Origin: an uncultured virus (IMG/VR IMGVR_UViG_3300025098_000001)
Lineage: Duplodnaviria; Heunggongvirae; Uroviricota; Caudoviricetes
Virus record (IMG/VR): IMGVR_UViG_3300025098_000001
Strand: one strand, 5' to 3'
DNA: 29,007 nt
Shown: one piece after another, positions 14,718-23,966 of the stretch
How the letters are laid out: each line of letters opens with the position of its first letter
Position numbering within the stretch: the stretch's first letter is position 1
Position numbers and translations under genes: made by a program
Notes under the pieces: model-generated
Told to the model about the DNA's origin: nothing
Databases searched by the model: none
Seen by the model: the letters and a program-made list of their open reading frames with translations, nothing else

Positions 14718-17133
14718 TATACATCTACGGTGGAGAGAAGGCGGGGTAAGAAAGGAAGAATCAATAAAGGACTACAAACCCTATTTCTTCATTTCAGTCG
14801 CTTCACAATGGTATAAATCTCAAATGGTTATTAATAACTATGGAAAGAAAAGAGCGATACCCATTACAATAGAAACAGGTGATTGGGAAAGCCTTCATGG
14901 TAAAAGACTTAAGAAACTTATTTATCATAATCCTAAAGACCGATGGACTCTAATGAATGAATTTCATAAACAAGGTATTGCTACTTATCAAGCAGATGTT
15001 GATATTAAGCGTCTTTATGCAGTTGACCGAATGACCGAGATTAAAGAATACGAACACCGTAAGTGGTATTTTGATATTGAATCTCAAGTAGGTGGTGTGC
15101 ATGATGGTAAAACAACAGTGCTAAGTATCTACGATTCATTCACTAAAAAGAATACCGTAATGACTTGGTTTCCTAAAGAGGCTAATGTTAAAGTTGATAT
15201 TGATTATGTGCGGGTTTATCAAAGTGAAACAGAAATGTTTTACGCATTCATTGAAATGATGGAAGAGCAAGACCCTGATATGATTATCGGTTGGTATGTT
15301 CTCGGCTACGATATTCCGCAAATTATTAAGCGCATGTGTAAATTAGGTATTGACCCTAATCGCATGTCTCCTTGCCATGAAATTAAAGATGTTCGTAGAA
15401 AGTTCAGTAATGGAGAAACTACGGGTTGGCAATTAGGAAAGGGAACTGGTGAAGAAAAATACTTCAACAGCGCACAACCTATTCGAGGCAGATTAACTTT
15501 CTGTCTCATGGATAGATTTGAACGCCTTTGGACTGATTCTCAAAAAGGAACATTACCTTCACTAAAGTTGGATGATTGTGCTAATCTTGTTCTTGGTGAA
15601 CGCAAAGTTGCGAGTTCTAAGTTTGAAGATTTAGAGTTCTATGAAAGAGCGTGGTTGGAAGATACAAAAACATACCTTGAATATGCTAAGGTTGATGTAG
15701 ATTTGTGTGTAAATATTGATAACAAATTAAATGTAAGTGAAAACAGCCTTGCACTACAACGACTTATTGTATGTCCTTTCGAGAATACATATCATAATTC
15801 TCAAATGGGTGGTGTATATTTTATGCGTAAGTCAAACTGGATTCCCCCAACAGGAGTTAAAACTGAGAAGGAAAGGTATGATGGGGCTTTCGTTATGGAC
15901 CCGACATTAGAAGGAACATACGGACAACATGAAAATGTGGCTGTATTTGATTTTAAATCCCTTTACCCTTCTATGATGGCCGCAGTAAATATCTCTTGGG
16001 AAACTAAGCGTAGTCAAGGTTATCCGGTGTGGGTTAATACACCTAAGCATTTAGGAGAATTTGAAGAAGACCCTACATATTATTATGAAAAAGATACTCT
16101 TGGGCTTTTACCTCAAGCAGTTATTGATATGATGGCGTTGCGTGATGAATACAAAAAACTGCGTAAAGAGGCTAAAACAGACGAAGAATATATTAAGTGG
16201 GACTCAGCACAAATGGCTACGAAGAGGGCTGTAAATGCTTTCTACGGTATTCTCGCAAAAGAAGGTTTTGGTTGGGCTGATATGGAAATGGTTCAATCAA
16301 TTACTGCTTCTGCTCGTCATGCTATGCGTGAAACCGCTTTTAAGGCTCAAGAATTAGGTTACGAAGTTATCTATGGACACACGGATTCAGTTTTTGTAAA
16401 GGTTCGTGATGTTGATGACGCAAAACAACTAAGAGTGTTATTAAATGATTATATTTCACGAGAAATATTCCGAGAACCCGTGGAATTGGAGTTTGAAAAG
16501 TTTGCAAGTAAGTTTTTCTTATCTAAGAAGAAAAATCGCTATTGTGGCTACCTTTCTTGGAAGGATGGGGAGTATTTAGACGAAGATAAGTTCTTTGTAA
16601 TGGGTTTTGAAATGAAAAAGTCAAATGAAACCAAAATCGCTAAGAAATTTCAAGAAAATTTGTTGAAAATGGTTGCTTCTTTTGAAGAAAAGAGTAAGAT
16701 TATAGATTACTGCAACAAAGAGTATGCAACTGTCGTGAAGGGAGAGGTTTCGTTAAAACAAATTAGTAAGCGTAGTAGGCTTCGTAGAAATATCGAAGAC
16801 TACGATATGATTGCTGGGGGTTCAGCAGGTATTATTTACCATAATCAACAGGGTATTGGTAAAATTAAGAAAGGTGATGCGTATTATTACTTTAAAGTTG
16901 ATAATACAAACTTGGAAGAAAAGTGTTACATCGTTAAAGGTGTATCTAAATCCTGTGAATACATTTCGTTCTTGAAATTCAAGGACATTGAAGGTATGTT
17001 CACACCCGATTGGGAGTTTATCGCTAATGGAGAAATTATTAAGAAGGCTATGCTTATATTTGAAAGCATGGAGTGGCCTATAAAACTCATAAAAAAAGAT
17101 ATAAACCAAACAACTTTAGAGGAGTGGTGGTAA
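14692..17133 (+). CDS. polB: Family B DNA polymerase
   Basis: Exo I FDIES, Exo II GYDI, Exo III YAKVD; motif A DFKSLYPS, B KRAVNAFYG, C YGHTDS, KNRY; C-terminal PIP box QTTLEEWW. Confidence 0.97.
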   Translation: MIIDTMGSNIHLRWREGGVRKEESIKDYKPYFFISVASQWYKSQMVINNYGKKRAIPITIETGDWESLHGKRLKKLIYHNPKDRWTLMNEFHKQGIATYQADVDIKRLYAVDRMTEIKEYEHRKWYFDIESQVGGVHDGKTTVLSIYDSFTKKNTVMTWFPKEANVKVDIDYVRVYQSETEMFYAFIEMMEEQDPDMIIGWYVLGYDIPQIIKRMCKLGIDPNRMSPCHEIKDVRRKFSNGETTGWQLGKGTGEEKYFNSAQPIRGRLTFCLMDRFERLWTDSQKGTLPSLKLDDCANLVLGERKVASSKFEDLEFYERAWLEDTKTYLEYAKVDVDLCVNIDNKLNVSENSLALQRLIVCPFENTYHNSQMGGVYFMRKSNWIPPTGVKTEKERYDGAFVMDPTLEGTYGQHENVAVFDFKSLYPSMMAAVNISWETKRSQGYPVWVNTPKHLGEFEEDPTYYYEKDTLGLLPQAVIDMMALRDEYKKLRKEAKTDEEYIKWDSAQMATKRAVNAFYGILAKEGFGWADMEMVQSITASARHAMRETAFKAQELGYEVIYGHTDSVFVKVRDVDDAKQLRVLLNDYISREIFREPVELEFEKFASKFFLSKKKNRYCGYLSWKDGEYLDEDKFFVMGFEMKKSNETKIAKKFQENLLKMVASFEEKSKIIDYCNKEYATVVKGEVSLKQISKRSRLRRNIEDYDMIAGGSAGIIYHNQQGIGKIKKGDAYYYFKVDNTNLEEKCYIVKGVSKSCEYISFLKFKDIEGMFTPDWEFIANGEIIKKAMLIFESMEWPIKLIKKDINQTTLEEWW

Positions 17134-17618
17134 TGGGAAAAAAAGAAGGAACATATTATAAAACATTAAGAGCGTTACAGCAACGCAAGAAAAAGAAGCA
17201 AGAAGAAATAGAAGCCATTGAACAGGAGTTCTTAAAGGTTGTAAAAGATGAAAGACAATTTTGGAATAAACAGGGGCATTGTAGTATTTGTTTTGCAGAA
17301 GGCAAAACCGAGTGGCATCATATTATATCACAGCATAGATGTAGAGAAATAAATAAGGAATACCTTATTCATTCCCGCAGTAATGTAGTAGAGGTATGTA
17401 AAGAATGTCACGATAATACAACTGCAAGTTTGCGTAGGGCTGCTTTTGAAGAAAAAGGTATTACTCAAACAAAGACTGTAAAGAACCATAATGGTCCTGT
17501 AACTGAAGCCCAAAGAAATTACATAGTAAAGTTGGGCGGTGAAGAATCTATCCGAGAGGATATGACAAGAGGTGAAGCATCAGCCTTAATTGATGCACTT
17601 AAGGAAGTGAAAGAATGA
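17133..17618 (+). CDS. HNH endonuclease with C-terminal helical domain
   Basis: CSIC, WHHII, N, CKECH; tail TEAQRNYI..LGG...MTRGEASALID; ATG 17133 coupled to polB stop. Confidence 0.75.
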   Translation: MGKKEGTYYKTLRALQQRKKKKQEEIEAIEQEFLKVVKDERQFWNKQGHCSICFAEGKTEWHHIISQHRCREINKEYLIHSRSNVVEVCKECHDNTTASLRRAAFEEKGITQTKTVKNHNGPVTEAQRNYIVKLGGEESIREDMTRGEASALIDALKEVKE

Positions 17619-18514
17619 ATGAATATGCAACCGAATGGACACAAAAAGATTTAGATAATGGTTTTACCTATCAATGGAATCCTGATGATTTAGAAGGGCC
17701 AACCCTGAAGATTACTAAGTCTTCACTTGGAACATTTAACTTTTGTAATGGTTCTTATCGTTACAGTTATGACCCATTCGCAGAAGGTAAGAAACAACAG
17801 AAAACATCGGAGGCTATGTTAAGAGGAACAATTGTTCACAATGCTCAAGAAGATTTCTGGAAAATGGTTGATACTGAAAAGGCTATGCCCTTTATTGACG
17901 ATTCTAATAAACTTGTTAAACACTTTAGGGATTACTACCCAGAAGGTAAAGATGAAGATACTAAAGATTTATACAGGGCTTTGTCTGCATGGCAAGCAGA
18001 AAGATTTATCGAGTGCGTTCACGAAGGAACGGTAGAACATTTTATACCAATCGGTAACGAAATATTGTTAAATGCTACTTATCGTGTTAACGGTATTACT
18101 ATTCACTTACAGGGTATTATTGATAGAATGTTTTTTGATGACGATGGTTACATTCCGTTTGAATTAAAGACAGGTGCTTGGAAAGACAGTAAGAAAACAA
18201 ACATGAGAAAGGAAATGGCCTTCTATCAACTGCTTTACGAAAACGCAGATGAAGATGATTTAGTAGCGGCTGGATTAGACCCACAATATGGAATTACTCA
18301 CTGGGGTTGGATTTTCCCTAAAAGTAACTACATCTTTGTTGAAGATGTTAAGAAGCGTTCTATGACTTCTGTTGAAAATTCTATACAAAAGTTGGTAGAT
18401 GGATATATGTCAAAGGAGTTCCCTTTCTCTTATTTTCATAAGAAGTGTGTTCACTGTGGACATTTTGAACACTGTGAGGCAACTGGAGGGGGAACAAATT
18501 ATGATTGGTTCTAA
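17615..18514 (+). CDS. Cas4/RecB-like PD-(D/E)XK exonuclease
   Basis: SSLGTFNFC, RGTIVH, GIIDR, ELKTG, FYQL, C-terminal CVHC-x5-C (Fe-S staple pattern). Confidence 0.85.
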   Translation: MNEYATEWTQKDLDNGFTYQWNPDDLEGPTLKITKSSLGTFNFCNGSYRYSYDPFAEGKKQQKTSEAMLRGTIVHNAQEDFWKMVDTEKAMPFIDDSNKLVKHFRDYYPEGKDEDTKDLYRALSAWQAERFIECVHEGTVEHFIPIGNEILLNATYRVNGITIHLQGIIDRMFFDDDGYIPFELKTGAWKDSKKTNMRKEMAFYQLLYENADEDDLVAAGLDPQYGITHWGWIFPKSNYIFVEDVKKRSMTSVENSIQKLVDGYMSKEFPFSYFHKKCVHCGHFEHCEATGGGTNYDWF

Positions 18515-18851
18515 GATTATCAAAGAGATTACAGAATACAATTGGACATTTAAGGAGTTAATGAAAATGGATGATGTTATTTTCAATATCATAAACAACA
18601 TGGAAGAACCTTCTTGGGAAGAGATGCTTGATTTCTTAGGCGAAGAATGTATGGAAATGATAAGGAGTAAGTGGATGGATAAAGCCACCTTTTATGCTAA
18701 GAATCAGATGCTTGAACTTATTGATGAAGCACCAGTAATGCTTTCTCAAGTTTCTCAAGTTCCTCCTACAATAGAAGAACAGAAAAATAAGATAACTCTC
18801 ACAAAGGAAGAGTTAAAAAAACAGATTAAAAAAGACACAAAGGTGTTGTAA
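18501..18851 (+). CDS. Hypothetical protein
   Basis: ATG 18501 with GGAGG upstream. Confidence 0.65.
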   Translation: MIGSKIIKEITEYNWTFKELMKMDDVIFNIINNMEEPSWEEMLDFLGEECMEMIRSKWMDKATFYAKNQMLELIDEAPVMLSQVSQVPPTIEEQKNKITLTKEELKKQIKKDTKVL

Positions 18852-18956
18852 ATGAAAAAGAAATGCAAATACTGTAAGGCAGAACTTACAGACAAGAATA
18901 AAAACATTTGCTCAATATGCGAGTCAAGAAGTTTTTTAGATTTAATAGACAGGTGA
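18852..18956 (+). CDS. Small Zn-finger protein, 34 aa
   Basis: Hand-translated MKKKCKYCKAELTDKNKNICSICESRSFLDLIDR; AGGTG RBS. Confidence 0.6.
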   Translation: MKKKCKYCKAELTDKNKNICSICESRSFLDLIDR

Positions 18957-18960
18957 TGAA

Positions 18961-20007
18961 ATGAATTATCCGAGAGAAATGTGGGCAGGAAGTCCATTAG
19001 AGAATGCGATACAACCAAGAAGGGTTGTAGTGCAGAACAAAGAAAAATACAAAGAGTTCGTTAAGGCACATAACGGTAGGATGAATGTTTATACCTCCGT
19101 CTATGATTACGAAGAGTTCTCTAAAGATAGAGGGCTTGAACATACGGTAGTTATCGACAGGTTATTTTTAGACATTGATGCTCATGGTGATGAATCTTTA
19201 GAGGAAGCATGGAATGATATGAAAATATTACACAAGTGGCTTACAGAAAATAACTACAAACACAACATGGCTTTTAGTGGTAGAGGTTTCTACATATTCG
19301 TTTATGGTAAAAGAACTTTTGACCTGAGAAGAGTAAAGGCTTTCTTTAACATATGTCACGATATATGTGGTAAGTCGCCTCGATTAGATAACCGAGTAAT
19401 AAATACTGCTCGATTGAGAAGAACTCAAAACACCTTTCATTTGGGCGCTAAGTTATTTTCTATAAATCTAATCCGTAGTGATTTAAAAAAGCCATTGTCG
19501 GCAATTACCAACTTAGCAAAGAAACCTCGTAAGCAACCTCCTATTTGGTATGGTGAAGGTTTAGTAGAATGGCCTCAAGTTAAGGAAATGGAAGCGGCAG
19601 AAATTGAAATTGATTATGTTGAAAGTCCGGGGGATTTACCTATTCTTCCGTGTCTTAATGCAGCAGTAATGACTCATAATCCATTACACGAATCTCGCCA
19701 TTACTTGGTTCAATGGTATAATGAGTTCTTATCCGACTTAACAGTTGTTGAAAAGGGTTTAGACTGTTCACCAAGAGAAGTAGGTGGCGATGCACTTGTA
19801 GATATTATTGGTATTATTTCAGGTGAAATTAAAAAGATTGCATCCAATGAAGATGTATGGATTGACTATGACGAAAGAAAGACTTTAAGTGGTGTTTCAT
19901 ATGTCGTTAAAAAGCGATATATGTCCCCCTCCTGTCAAACTTTAATCAGCAAGGGGTATTGCATAGGAAAGTGCTGGAGATACCCACAGGGGGCATTAGA
20001 ATGTTGA
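18961..20007 (+). CDS. Archaeo-eukaryotic primase, catalytic domain fused to PriL-CTD-like Fe-S domain
   Basis: LFLDID, FSGRGF, RLRR; C-terminal LPCL, H..R..LV, SCQTL, GYCIGKC. Confidence 0.85.
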   Translation: MNYPREMWAGSPLENAIQPRRVVVQNKEKYKEFVKAHNGRMNVYTSVYDYEEFSKDRGLEHTVVIDRLFLDIDAHGDESLEEAWNDMKILHKWLTENNYKHNMAFSGRGFYIFVYGKRTFDLRRVKAFFNICHDICGKSPRLDNRVINTARLRRTQNTFHLGAKLFSINLIRSDLKKPLSAITNLAKKPRKQPPIWYGEGLVEWPQVKEMEAAEIEIDYVESPGDLPILPCLNAAVMTHNPLHESRHYLVQWYNEFLSDLTVVEKGLDCSPREVGGDALVDIIGIISGEIKKIASNEDVWIDYDERKTLSGVSYVVKKRYMSPSCQTLISKGYCIGKCWRYPQGALEC

Positions 20008-20681
20008 TAGACAGTAGAGAAGATTCAGTCTTAAGTGAACTGGTAATACAGTATTGTATGTTATCTAATATAGAAGCAGAAAAGATATTCTTGGAAGTAG
20101 GAGATTACATTATAGGCGATGTTTGCATTGAAGCAAAAAGTGTCGAAGACTTCCTACAATCAGTGCGTAACAAGAGAATGTTTAATCAAATTAGCAACAT
20201 GGAAGATTCTTATGTGAGAAATTACATTATCATATACGGTAATCTTTCCGATGCAGGTTCTTATCTTAACCATGTAAGAAACTCTTATAATAATAGAGGG
20301 TGGAGACTTAAGTTACAGAAGATGTTTATAGGCGCATTATCGAGCATAGCATTGAACACAAAAACAACACCTATTTGGGTAGCAGATGTAGAATCGGCGG
20401 CGCATTTTATAGTCGCTTGTGAACACCACTGTGATAAAGAAATAGACTTACAGAAAATGTTACCTAAGAAAACAAGAACAGATGATGTGAGATTAGACAT
20501 TCTTTGTACTATACAAGGAGTTACAATTGAAAAGGCTCGTAATCTCTTAGGTGAGTTCGGGTCATTATTAGAAATCGCTACATGCGAAATCAAGGACATT
20601 ATGAAAGTAAAAGGTATTGGTAAAGTGACGGCCACCAATATTTCAAAAGCGTTAAACGAAGAACAAGAGGTGAAATACTAA
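20001..20681 (+). CDS. ERCC4/XPF (Hef-like) structure-specific nuclease
   Basis: IDSRE, VGDY, IEAKSVED, two HhH motifs (IQGVTIEKA, VKGIGKVTA). Confidence 0.9.
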   Translation: MLIDSREDSVLSELVIQYCMLSNIEAEKIFLEVGDYIIGDVCIEAKSVEDFLQSVRNKRMFNQISNMEDSYVRNYIIIYGNLSDAGSYLNHVRNSYNNRGWRLKLQKMFIGALSSIALNTKTTPIWVADVESAAHFIVACEHHCDKEIDLQKMLPKKTRTDDVRLDILCTIQGVTIEKARNLLGEFGSLLEIATCEIKDIMKVKGIGKVTATNISKALNEEQEVKY

Positions 20682-22183
20682 TGGTAGAAGATTTAGAAGT
20701 AGACGAATGGGAATTATATGAAGCATTGGAAAAAATGCAGAATGGAGATGTGGAAACAGAAAGAAGAAGTTCTGTTACAATGCCGAAGGTAGTTCAAAGG
20801 TGGACAGATGTTGTTACACAGTTTTCATTGTATAATGACTATCCAGCAGAAATGGCCTTTTTTGTAACCCTCGGCCAATTACTAAAAGACAAACTAAGAG
20901 TTCCGGTAGGCCGTCTTTCGCTTGACCCAAGAATACATTACTGTTGGATTCAAACTGCTCGTAGTGGAAAGACTACAATGTTTGACTTTCTTTCACCCGT
21001 TTGGGAAAGAACCTTTACCTTAGTTAATGAGCATCCAATGAGGGGAGATAACCCAAGAGGACCATTAAATGGGGTCAGTGAATACAACCTACAAAACCCT
21101 GACGCATTTACAGACCAAGCATTATTAGGAACTATTAAAATAGGGCAACCTAATCCTGATTGGGTGCGTGGTGAAGAAAACTTAGACATTGATGGAAACC
21201 CAATGCCTGAAGAAATTGACATTAATATTAACGGTGCTTTGTTTGGTTCTGGTATTATTGCCTTTGATGAGTTTGAACATTCGGGTATCTTCAAGGAAAC
21301 ACAGCACAAGCAAGATACTGTAATGATGTTTCAAAAGTTTATGAATCGTTTAGATTCTGATACCCACTTAATCAAAAAGCGTTTGACTGAATGGGGTAAG
21401 GATTTAGTTGTAGATTGTCAGCGAAGTTTATGGGCAACTACATTACCACCACAGGGATTAGAAAAGGTTATTCTCACAAAGGGTGTTTTTCAGCGTATGT
21501 GGTTATATGTAAGAGAAGTCCCCGAATCATTAAAAATGCAAATGGAAGAAGAATATTTGGATATGGTAGGTAATATTATTGAAGATGAAAATGGTTCGGA
21601 TGCCTTTACAGTTGAGTTCTCGGAAATGCTTTACGACATTTATTGTTGGGCAGATGCGAGATATAAGGAAACAGGAGATAAAAGAACTGTTACTACCTTT
21701 ACTCCCGACGCACAGAAAAGACTTAAGACTGTTTGGCGAGGTATGCGTAAATACATGGAAGGTTTCCCCGACCATATATATGCCGCACTAAATACCTTCT
21801 TGATGAATACAATTAATAACATGTGTAATGCGGCGGCTCTTTGTGCTTGTGCTGAAAAGAGCGATAAAATAACAGCAAGACATATCGACCAAGCAAGAAT
21901 GCTTACAGACCAAAGTTTTGATTCAATCACCACTTGGTTTAGTGATAAGTTGAAAAAGAGTCCTAAGAGAATGGCAGAAAAGGGTCGTGAACAGATGATT
22001 GCTAAAGTTTATCAAACTGCCCCAAAGAAAGACGGTTGGGTGTCAAAGACCGAATTGGTAAATAACTATATGAAAATGACTAAGAAAAGTCGACCAACCT
22101 TTTATAGGGAATGGAATAGTGTAGAACATTTGTTCGAGAATAAAAAAATGAATAACCGAGTGTATATTAGGAGGAAGGAATAA
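20681..22183 (+). CDS. AAA+ ATPase, putative MCM-like replicative helicase
   Basis: Walker A TARSGKT, Walker B IAFDE, GVFQR arginine finger, lid helices, C-terminal winged-helix-like region. Confidence 0.6.
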   Translation: MVEDLEVDEWELYEALEKMQNGDVETERRSSVTMPKVVQRWTDVVTQFSLYNDYPAEMAFFVTLGQLLKDKLRVPVGRLSLDPRIHYCWIQTARSGKTTMFDFLSPVWERTFTLVNEHPMRGDNPRGPLNGVSEYNLQNPDAFTDQALLGTIKIGQPNPDWVRGEENLDIDGNPMPEEIDININGALFGSGIIAFDEFEHSGIFKETQHKQDTVMMFQKFMNRLDSDTHLIKKRLTEWGKDLVVDCQRSLWATTLPPQGLEKVILTKGVFQRMWLYVREVPESLKMQMEEEYLDMVGNIIEDENGSDAFTVEFSEMLYDIYCWADARYKETGDKRTVTTFTPDAQKRLKTVWRGMRKYMEGFPDHIYAALNTFLMNTINNMCNAAALCACAEKSDKITARHIDQARMLTDQSFDSITTWFSDKLKKSPKRMAEKGREQMIAKVYQTAPKKDGWVSKTELVNNYMKMTKKSRPTFYREWNSVEHLFENKKMNNRVYIRRKE

Positions 22184-22371
22184 TGTTTATGAAGAATAGA
22201 ATATTGCGCTTTAGACAAGTGCTTGATGAAGAAGAAGTTTCAAGGGAAGATATGATTGATTTGTTTATTAATTACATAGACGAAGAAATGCTATTGAAAG
22301 TCATAGAAATGATGGACATGAATTATCCCGTTGATTTAATTAAAAATATGGAAGTGAAAAAAAATGAATAA
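22183..22371 (+). CDS. Small hypothetical protein
   Basis: GGAGG RBS; coupled to neighbours. Confidence 0.6.
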   Translation: MFMKNRILRFRQVLDEEEVSREDMIDLFINYIDEEMLLKVIEMMDMNYPVDLIKNMEVKKNE

Positions 22372-22957
22372 TATATTGTCGTTTGATATAGAAACAGGAA
22401 ATACAGCCGCAGATATTGGCGGTTGGCAGAATACCCATATGTGGAAAGTTACTTGTGTAACTACTACGGATGGAGAGAATAACACGGTTTATATTGATAA
22501 GCCTATGGAAATAGAAGGTGCAGTTGTTAAAGAATTAAAACAACTTAAGTATGACTTAGACGACCACTTTCAAAAGGGTGGTAAATTATTAGGGCATAAT
22601 ATTGTAGCCTTTGATTTACCTGCGTTGCGAGATTCAATGGACATTTATATTGTCCGTAAGTATCTCGAAGAGAAAGAAACACGCTGTATTGATACATCAA
22701 GAATGATGACAAAGGCGGCAGGTAAGCGAGTTCAATTGGATAATCTCGCTAAGTGTAATCTTAATTCACAAAAGTCCGGTGACGGACTTATGGCTGTCCG
22801 ATGGTGGAATGAAGGTAAGTATGAAGATGTGGCAAAGTATTGTCTAAAAGATTCTCAACTTACTTTAGATGTGTGGAAAATGGGAGTAGAAAATGGTAAT
22901 CTAAGTTTCTTCGATGAAGACTTAGGAGAGTTGGTAAAAATTGATTTAGAGTGGTAA
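22364..22957 (+). CDS. DEDDy 3'-5' exonuclease (RNase H-like)
   Basis: FDIETG, GHNIVAFD, YCLKD. Confidence 0.88.
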   Translation: MNNILSFDIETGNTAADIGGWQNTHMWKVTCVTTTDGENNTVYIDKPMEIEGAVVKELKQLKYDLDDHFQKGGKLLGHNIVAFDLPALRDSMDIYIVRKYLEEKETRCIDTSRMMTKAAGKRVQLDNLAKCNLNSQKSGDGLMAVRWWNEGKYEDVAKYCLKDSQLTLDVWKMGVENGNLSFFDEDLGELVKIDLEW

Positions 22958-23014
22958 TTGAGTTTCAAACTAAAAAAATGACCTGTTAATAACAGTGAGA
23001 AAAATACTTTTTTT

Positions 23015-23049
23015 GGCCTCGGCCCCGTAGGGGGTCGGGGCTTTTTTTT
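23015..23049 (+). terminator. Hairpin + T-tract terminator at the convergence of the two transcription units
   Basis: GGCCTCGGCCCC-GTAG-GGGGTCGGGGCT 12-bp stem (3 G-U pairs) running into T8; another T7 tract immediately upstream. Confidence 0.75.
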
Positions 23050-23084
23050 ATGCAAATTTTTCGATTTCATTTTTTAGCCTAAAG

Positions 23085-23261
23085 TTATTCCTCTTCTAAA
23101 ATATCTTTTATTCGTTGACCTAATTCTCTTCTTGGAATATTATTGTCATTAACTATTTCTAAAATTCTTTGATGAACACTAATTGTTTCAGGGTCATTAT
23201 GCTTACGACCTGCACGAACATAATGCTCTCGATTGTATTTTAGAATGTTCTCCCAACTCAT
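23085..23261 (-). CDS. Small protein, 58 aa, MSWENILK N-terminus
   Basis: Hand-translated MSWENILKYNREHYVRAG...IKDILEEE; GGTGA RBS. Confidence 0.7.
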   Translation of the reverse strand: MSWENILKYNREHYVRAGRKHNDPETISVHQRILEIVNDNNIPRRELGQRIKDILEEE

Positions 23262-23365
23262 TTCTTTTCACCAGTGACAAAATCTTTTTTAGTTTTCTTT
23301 TCTTCTTTATCTACTATCTTTGATTGTTCATCAAACCAAGCATCTAAATAATTACAACGAGTCAT
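23258..23365 (-). CDS. Small protein, 35 aa
   Basis: Hand-translated MTRCNYLDAWFDEQSKIVDKEEKKTKKDFVTGEKK; AGGTGA RBS; ATGA overlaps. Confidence 0.6.
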   Translation of the reverse strand: MTRCNYLDAWFDEQSKIVDKEEKKTKKDFVTGEKK

Positions 23366-23517
23366 TCTTCTTCACCTAATTGTTCTTTATAATATTTCAA
23401 GGCATCTTTAGCCTTGTCGTCATTCGGGTCTCTTTTTAACCTGCGCTCATACTCAGCAATTTTTTCTTTAAAATATGTTTCAGCATCCTTTTTTAAAGTA
23501 TCTCGCCACATATTCAT
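23362..23517 (-). CDS. Small helical protein, 51 aa, MWRDTLK N-terminus
   Basis: Hand-translated MNMWRDTLKKDAETYF...KEQLGEEE; ATGA overlaps. Confidence 0.65.
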   Translation of the reverse strand: MNMWRDTLKKDAETYFKEKIAEYERRLKRDPNDDKAKDALKYYKEQLGEEE

Positions 23518-23966
23518 TCCTCAGTATCTTCGCCCATCTTATGGATAGGTGTAAGTTTAACAATAGTCTCTTTATGCTTTTCAACAATATGCTGATGTTC
23601 TTGAGCGGCGGTAGATAAAGCATGTTCGTGCTTCTGTTGAATTTTTTCTAAGTCAATTAAGTGTTGCTTCTTTAGTGCATCACGGTCACGCTCGTGTTCC
23701 ATTTCAACACCCATATTATCAATCTCAATAGTCTGTTCCGATTCCCACATACGCAAAACTGTTGAAAGGGCAGGTGCGGCTGTTCCTCCGATAATTGCGA
23801 TAAGAGCAATAAATCCATCAAGATTATTCAATACTACATCGGGTTTCAAAATACCCATAGCCACTACTGAACCTGCGGCAAGAAGCCATAGATAAATTGC
23901 TGGCAATACTGTTCGCTTTACCATTCGGTCATTAAATGTGTCTTTATTTTTATTCATTTTATTCAT
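23514..23966 (-). CDS. Two-TM membrane protein with His/Glu-rich coiled coil (holin-like candidate)
   Basis: Hydrophobic segments LPAIYLWLLAAGSVVAMGIL and GFIALIAIIGGTAAPAL; downstream of tail genes. Confidence 0.6.
   Translation of the reverse strand: MNKMNKNKDTFNDRMVKRTVLPAIYLWLLAAGSVVAMGILKPDVVLNNLDGFIALIAIIGGTAAPALSTVLRMWESEQTIEIDNMGVEMEHERDRDALKKQHLIDLEKIQQKHEHALSTAAQEHQHIVEKHKETIVKLTPIHKMGEDTEE

Noticed and set aside
14692..17133. Intein or intron in polB
   Set aside because: Motif spacing and total length are normal; no intein splice-junction pattern noticed.
17615..18514. Cas4-like gene as part of a CRISPR-Cas locus
   Set aside because: No cas1/cas2 and no regularly spaced repeat-spacer array seen; solo Cas4-like nucleases are common in viral replication modules.
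13509..20000. Long upstream starts given in the ORF track (13509, 17073, 18399, 19959)
   Set aside because: Downstream ATGs (13560, 17133, 18501, 20001) have an RBS or stop-start coupling and avoid long overlaps.
1840..23070. Minus-strand ORFs under the + strand operon (e.g. 7633-7944, 10730-11167, 20285-20638, 20950-21309, 22855-23070)
   Set aside because: Antisense shadows of well-supported genes with no motifs; 22855-23070 runs through the terminator.
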